DNA from: Eledone cirrhosa
Taxonomy: Eukaryota
Direction of reading: 5' to 3'
Assembly (NCBI GenBank): GCA_964016885.1
Contig: OZ024743.1
Span: 378,138,001 to 378,202,000 of the forward strand
Length of the DNA stretch: 64,000 bases
Shown here: positions 58,361-64,000 of the stretch, piece by piece
How positions within the stretch are numbered: position 1 is the first letter of the stretch
Layout of the letters: each line of letters begins with the position of its first letter
The notes under the pieces: model-generated
Seen by the model: only the letters and a program-made list of their open reading frames with translations
Database searches by the model: none
Told to the model about the DNA's origin: nothing
Translations under genes and position numbers: made by a program

Positions 58361-58697
58361 AGGCACATGGCTTAGTGGTTAGAGCATTGGCCTTGCAATC
58401 GAAAGGTTGTGAGTTCAATTCTCAGACCGAGTGATGTGTTGTGTCCTTGAGCAAGACACTTTATTTCACATTGCTCCAGTTTACTCAGCTGTAGAAATGA
58501 GATGATAGGGACTGGGGTCCCTATCATTCACTGCAAAGTGGTCGTGGAGGTGCCACGGTAAAAAAGCACCCAGCACTCACTGTAAATGAGGTTGGTGTTA
58601 GGAAGGGCATCCAGCTGTAGAAATCAAGCCACCATCAGTTCCTGTCCCACCCTTGCAAGCAAGGAAAAAGCGGACGTAAAATGAAATGAAATGATGA
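58361..58697 (+). mobile_element. tRNA-derived CORE-SINE with RTE-like 3' tail
   Basis: A box TGGCTTAGTGG and B box GAGTTCAATTC; CORE-like tgtccttgagcaagacacttt...ctcagctgtagaaatg; 3' half shared with the RTE family A 3'UTR; ATGA tail. Confidence 0.9.
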
Positions 58698-58707
58698 TAT
58701 ATCTATA

Positions 58708-58749
<42 letters not shown>

Positions 58750-58779
58750 TATATAGATATAGATATATCTATATATATA

Positions 58780-58846
<67 letters not shown>

Positions 58847-58921
58847 ATATATATATATATATATATATATCTATATATATATATATATATATATATCTAT
58901 ATATATATATATATATATATA

Positions 58922-58971
<50 letters not shown>

Positions 58972-59034
58972 TATAGATATATATATACATATATAGATAT
59001 ATATATATATATATAGATATATATATACATATAT

Positions 59035-59073
<39 letters not shown>

Positions 59074-59090
59074 TATATATATACATATAT

Positions 59091-59127
<37 letters not shown>

Positions 59128-59629
59128 TATATATATACATATATAGATATATATATATATATAAACTGTAGAAAACCTGCCAGACAGTCCTATGCGAGCA
59201 AGACAATCACTCTTGCCTCAAGTGGGACTACCTCCGTCCAAACCCATGCAAGCGTGGAACACGGACGTTAAACGTTGATGATGATGATGATGATGATATA
59301 TATAGATATATATATACATATATAGATATATATATATATAGATATATATAGATATAGATATATATAGATATAGATATATATATAGATATATATAGATATA
59401 GATATATATATAGATATATATAGATATATATAGATATATATAGATATAGATAGATATAGATAGATATAGATATATATAGATAGATATAGATATATATAGA
59501 TATATATAGATATATATAGATATATAGATATATATATAGATATATATAGATATATATATAGATATATATATATATATATAGATATATATATAGATATATA
59601 TATATATATATAGATATAGATATATATAT

Positions 59630-59664
<35 letters not shown>

Positions 59665-59667
59665 TAT

Positions 59668-59700
<33 letters not shown>

Positions 59701-60032
59701 TATATATATATATATATAGATATAGATATATATAGATATAGATATATATAGATATATATATATATAGATATATATAGATATATATATATATATAGAGAGA
59801 TATATATATATAGAGAGATATATATATATAGAGATATATATATATATATAGAGATATATATATATATATAGAGATATATATATATAGATATATATATATA
59901 TATAGAGAGATAGAGAGAGAGAGAGAGTTGTATGTAAATGTGTATATATATATAGAGAGAGAGAGATAGATAGATAGATATAGATGTATATATATATATA
60001 TAGAGAGAGAGAAAGAGAGAGATATATAGATG

Positions 60033-60075
<43 letters not shown>

Positions 60076-60100
60076 GGAGATAGATGTATATATATAGATA
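58698..60100. repeat. (TA)n/(TAGA)n/(GA)n microsatellite arrays (contain the insertion at 59164-59296)
   Basis: Direct reading. Confidence 0.95.
59164..59296 (+). mobile_element. Short 3'-terminal copy of RTE family B
   Basis: Nearly identical to 58087-58219, including the (TGA)n tail. Confidence 0.92.
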
Positions 60101-60107
60101 AATATAG

Positions 60108-60288
60108 AGTGCGATCAAAATAGATGGTAGCTACGGAATAGGCAGACCCAGAAAAACCTGGGACTTGATAAATTCCGCCCTCACACACTTACACCTCTCC
60201 AAGACAATGTCACTGGACCGAGATCTTTTGCACTACGCAGTAATACAGAAGACCCGTCTTGCCTAAGTACAAAGCGAAACCTACAAAT
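60108..60288 (+). mobile_element. RTE family B-related ORF-end fragment
   Basis: Matches about 57690-57850; shares gcctaagtacaaag..aaacctac with the 50224-50610 copy. Confidence 0.85.
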
Positions 60289-60306
60289 CTTAGTTTAATA
60301 CATTTA

Positions 60307-60356
60307 ATTGCTGACAATTGTTTCTTCCAGACGGATGTCTGGATTCATCGGAGAAT
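60307..60356 (-). ncRNA. Degenerate minimal hammerhead ribozyme motif
   Basis: Minus strand ATTCT-CCGATGA-A-TCCAGAC-atcc-GTCTGGA-A-GAA-ACAATTGT-C-AGCAAT; perfect 7-bp stem II and palindromic stem III, but U4C and an A-A mismatch at the base of stem II. Confidence 0.55.
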
Positions 60357-60798
60357 AGAGAATGTTTAAACAGCTAATTAAAATCTTAGTCTTCAGAACT
60401 TTCCAGTGTTAGTGACATCATATAGAAAGTCAGGAGATACAAAAGGATGTTATGCTACAGAAAACACATTATAAGAAGCAACGGTGAAAAGTGAAAAATT
60501 AAGCATATTATGTATAAAAAGGTATTGTTTAACAAAGGGAGGTAAATTAAGGAAGTATTTAAATTTGTTGATAAAATAAGGGTTGTTTTATTATTGTAAA
60601 TGAATTTTATTATCTATTGAAAGTCATCTTTCACTAAATAGTGTTATAAATTAATATTTATAAATTATAAAATATTATTAATTAATTATATATAAAACTT
60701 ATTTGTTATTCTTATCTAATCAGATTGTGTAGAGAGAGTTAAAATTTTTTAATAACAAGATAGGGATTTATATAATATATATATGTGTGAGAATATAT

Positions 60799-61177
60799 AT
60801 CATCATCATTTTACATCCGCTTTTCCCTGCTTGCAAGGGTGGGACGGGAACTGATTCTGGCTTGATTTCTACAGCTTGATGCCCTCCCTAACACCAACCT
60901 CATTTAGAGTGAGTGCTGGGTGCTTTTTGCCGTGGTGCCTACACGTCCACTTTACAGTGTGGGCTGGGTGCTGTTTTGCCGTGGCACCTCCACGACCACT
61001 TTGCAGTGGAATGATAGGGACCCCAGTCCCTATCATCTCATTTCTACAGCTGAGTTAACTGAAGCAATGTGAAATAAAGTGTTTTGCTCAAGGACACAAC
61101 ACATCACCCGGTTTGAGAATTAAACTCACAACCTTTCGATTACTAGGCCAATGCTCTAACCACTAAGCCATGTGCCT

Positions 61178-61179
<2 letters not shown>
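60799..61179 (-). mobile_element. CORE-SINE, second copy of the 58361 family
   Basis: Reverse complement aligns end to end with 58361-58697 and carries one extra approximately 48-bp 3' module. Confidence 0.9.
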
Positions 61180-61239
<60 letters not shown>

Positions 61240-61304
61240 ATATATTCAGATTGTGCAGAGAGGGTTAACATTTTTAGTAACAAGATAGGGGTTTAAATAA
61301 TATA

Positions 61305-61877
61305 CTAGCAGTGGTACCCGGCGTTGCACGGGATAAGGTATTGTGAAATATATAACCACCTTAGCTAAGCTTAGTATTGCCACAACCACGGCTGGCAAAG
61401 AAGTAAGGGTCTGGTGGTACGTAAGTAAGCAACACTGTGGCTTAAAACGTGAGGAAAAAGTTGTGTGCACTTACCAACTGTTTGGGGAATGAGTGTGAGA
61501 TTTGTCTTGGGCAAGGGTGGCAGAATAACCGGAGGCAGCAGACAGCCAGACATACAGACAGATATCATAAGGGCGCGTTTTGGACGCAGAACGAATTGTA
61601 GGACAGCCAGACATACAGACAGATATTATAAGGGCGCGACGTTATATGTATGTATCTATCTAAAAAGAGAAAGACTAAGAATTATAGAGAGAGATCGCTA
61701 AATCGCCTAATGCAGTCCCTAGGGCATTGAAAATTTGAAATTTTTTTGCTCAGAACACTCCCTGAAACATAAGTATTACATGTGTAAAGTTTCAAAACAG
61801 TCGGTTGGGTGCTTCTCTAGTTTTAGGGATTCAAACTCGCACACACAGACAGACATCCTCAGTTTTATATATATAGA
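61305..61877 (-). mobile_element. Non-autonomous Helitron-like element, copy 1
   Basis: Minus strand begins TCTATATATATAAAA and ends with hairpin CCCGTGCAACGCCGGG, 8 nt, CTAG|T. Confidence 0.8.
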
Positions 61878-62458
61878 CTAGCAGTGGTACCCGGCGTTGC
61901 ACGGGATAAGGTATTGTGAAATATATAACCACTTTAGCTAAGCTTAGTAATGTCACAACCACGGCTGGCAAAGAAGTAAGGGTCTGGTGGTACGTAAGTA
62001 AGCAAAACTGTGGCTTAAAACGTGAGGAAGAAGTTGTGTGCACTTACCAACTGTTTGGGGAATGAGTGTGAGATTTATCTTGAGCAAGGGTGGCTGAATA
62101 ACCGGAGGCAGCAGACAGCCAGACATACAGACAGATATTATAAGGGCGCGTTCTGGATGCAGAGCGAATTGTAGGAAGTGACGTAATTCAGACAGCCAGA
62201 CATACAGATATTATAAGGGCGTTATATGTATGTATCTATCTAAAAAGAGAAAGACTTTAGAATTATAAAGAGAGATCGCTAAATCGCCTAATGCGGTCCC
62301 TAGGGCATTGAAAATTTGAAATTTTTTTGCTCAGAACACTCCCTGAAACATAAGTATTACATGTATAAAGTTTCAAAACAGTCGGTTAGGTGCTTCTCTA
62401 GTTTTAGGGATTCAAACTCACACACACAGACAGACATCCTCAGTTTTATATATATAGA
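61878..62458 (-). mobile_element. Non-autonomous Helitron-like element, copy 2
   Basis: Same termini, directly abutting copy 1; differs by scattered substitutions and small indels. Confidence 0.8.
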
Positions 62459-62461
62459 CAA

Positions 62462-62604
62462 GGCCAGCAATTATCCAGTACATTACTGGTACTTTATTTT
62501 ATCGACCCCGTGAGGATGAAAGGCAAAGTTAACCTCGGCGGTATTTGAACTCCATGCTATGAAGCATGGTGTCCAACTCTACAGATTCTGCCAATCCACC
62601 GCCC
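62462..62604 (-). mobile_element. Truncated tRNA-derived SINE of a second family
   Basis: Minus strand ggcggtggattggcagaatc...GAGTTCAAATaccgccgaggttaactttgcctttcatcctcacggggtcgataaaataaagtaccag: A/B-box-like head plus a body I recognise as a common SINE central motif. Confidence 0.7.
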
Positions 62605-62789
62605 TAATGTCTGTACGTCATGAGGGAGTGAGAGGGGAGAGAAAGAAAGGCAGAAGTGAAGTGACGAAGTGACTCTCTCCTCCTCCTCCATCTCCCCATT
62701 CGTCACAGCGATAGAGGTGAGGAATGTTAGTGTGTTACAAAGAGAAAGAGTGAGAGTGAGAGAAACAGACAGACTAAAAGAGAGGGATA

Positions 62790-62883
62790 GCTGGAGAGAG
62801 AGAGTGATAGCAACCACGTGCGCACGTGTTTCCACTGTCGGACAGACAGACAGAGAAATTGCTGGTTATATATTATAAGGAGA
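62790..62883 (-). mobile_element. Possible 5' end of another Helitron-like element
   Basis: Minus strand A|TCTCCTTATAATATATAA...ctgtctgtctgtc parallels the 5' end of the 61305-62458 copies; no CTAG/hairpin 3' end found. Confidence 0.35.
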
Positions 62884-63169
62884 TAGTAGAGTAATTAGTG
62901 TTATATGTTGTTTTAGAAGTAGGTACTGAGAGTATATCAGGGTGTCTAAATTATTTATTTATTTGGTTATTAAGAAAAATTAGAATTGTATTAGGTGAGA
63001 GATCAAAGAAGGGGTTTATTAATATATATATATGTAATGGTGATAATTTGATAACTAAGAAGGAATATCTGACAGGATATAGGTTGGTGTGGTTTGTTTA
63101 AGTTAAGGTGTAGTTATATAATTACAAAAAGCTAATGAAATAAATTTAAAGGTAGTAGTATAGAATTAT

Positions 63170-64000
63170 TTCCGACAGTGGTTTATATGAAGGGGCCTTA
63201 TCTATCACTCCCCATTCTAAGGTATATGGTATATTACTTGATTTTAATGAATGTATGTATGTATGTGGATAGTGAAGTTACATTATTAAGTTTAGGGTTT
63301 CTAAACGAATGGAGGCGCAAATTATATCTGGTCTTAAAACTATTCGATGTTGAACCTATATAAACCTTCGAAATTTGATTGGCAGTGACAATACAGGAGT
63401 AGATGTCTTTAATAAGGCAGTTATTATTTAATGGGCATGTTCTATTAGGTCTACAATTACAATTGTTTTGGTAACTAGTATATTGGTTAAGGGGGTATGA
63501 AGTTGAGCGGTTATTACTGTTTATACTTCTAGTATTAAGATTATGGTAAGTATTATTATTATTACTATTACTTGCAATATAGTCCTGTACTGAGCTATTG
63601 TTAAGGTTATTTCTATGTTGGACATTATTAACTTGGTGTAATTTGAAGTACTTTTAATCTTCCTCTTGTTACTGCTAGCTATATGGTCTGCGATGTTAGG
63701 TGTGGTGGAGTAAGAGATTTTAATAGTATTTTTGTTAAATAGGTTATGGTATTTATGGTTAATTGGGAAGTTTTTATCTAAAATAGAGAAGAAAGCTTTA
63801 GGTATGTTGGTGGAGACATTTAAGTTGAAAGGAGGATTGAAAAATGTGTTACTTCTTCTATTCTTCTTATGATGGTTATTTATATTATTGTTTTGTGTGG
63901 TGTTAGGTACAGTATTATTTATATTTTTGTTTTTAACATAATTTTTCTTTCTGTGGTTTTTCTTAGGATTATTGTTGTGGTGGGAGTTAACTATATTGGA
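63170..64000 (-). mobile_element. Decayed Penelope-like retroelement: linker and GIY-YIG endonuclease; continues beyond the window
   Basis: Manual translation: RRSNTFFNPPFNLNVSTNIPKAFFSILDKNFPINHKYHNLFNKNTIKISYSTTPNI; CNCRPNRTCPLNNNCLIKDIY...VYIGSTSNSFKTRY...SF; SLKSSNIPYTLEWGVIDKAPSY. Frameshifts near 63650 and 63255. Confidence 0.88.

Noticed and set aside
58361-58430. tRNA gene
   Set aside because: A/B boxes are present but there is no proper acceptor stem; it continues into CORE and LINE-derived sequence, so it is a SINE head

Overview
Eukaryotic, repeat-dominated DNA; the SINE/RTE/(TA)n content resembles a cephalopod such as Octopus (inference). The only host-gene sequence I can support is two minus-strand exons (42315-42386, 39505-39573) of an SLC35D1/D2 (fringe-connection-like) nucleotide-sugar transporter, so most of the window is probably intron. 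Positions 1-6300 are a degenerate 27-32 bp CA-rich minisatellite. Positions 6501-39240 are a 58-bp satellite of about 564 copies with higher-order structure, apparently expanded inside an old SINE/RTE 3' end. The right third is a nest of retroelements within (TA)n arrays: an intact 1060-aa RTE-type LINE ORF with a PHD-like finger inside the RT, several truncated relatives, partner CORE-SINEs, a head-to-tail Helitron-like dimer, a decayed Penelope-like GIY-YIG element, and two minimal hammerhead-ribozyme motifs, one with a U3-A8 core variant. Nearly all long ORFs in the supplied track are repeat artefacts.
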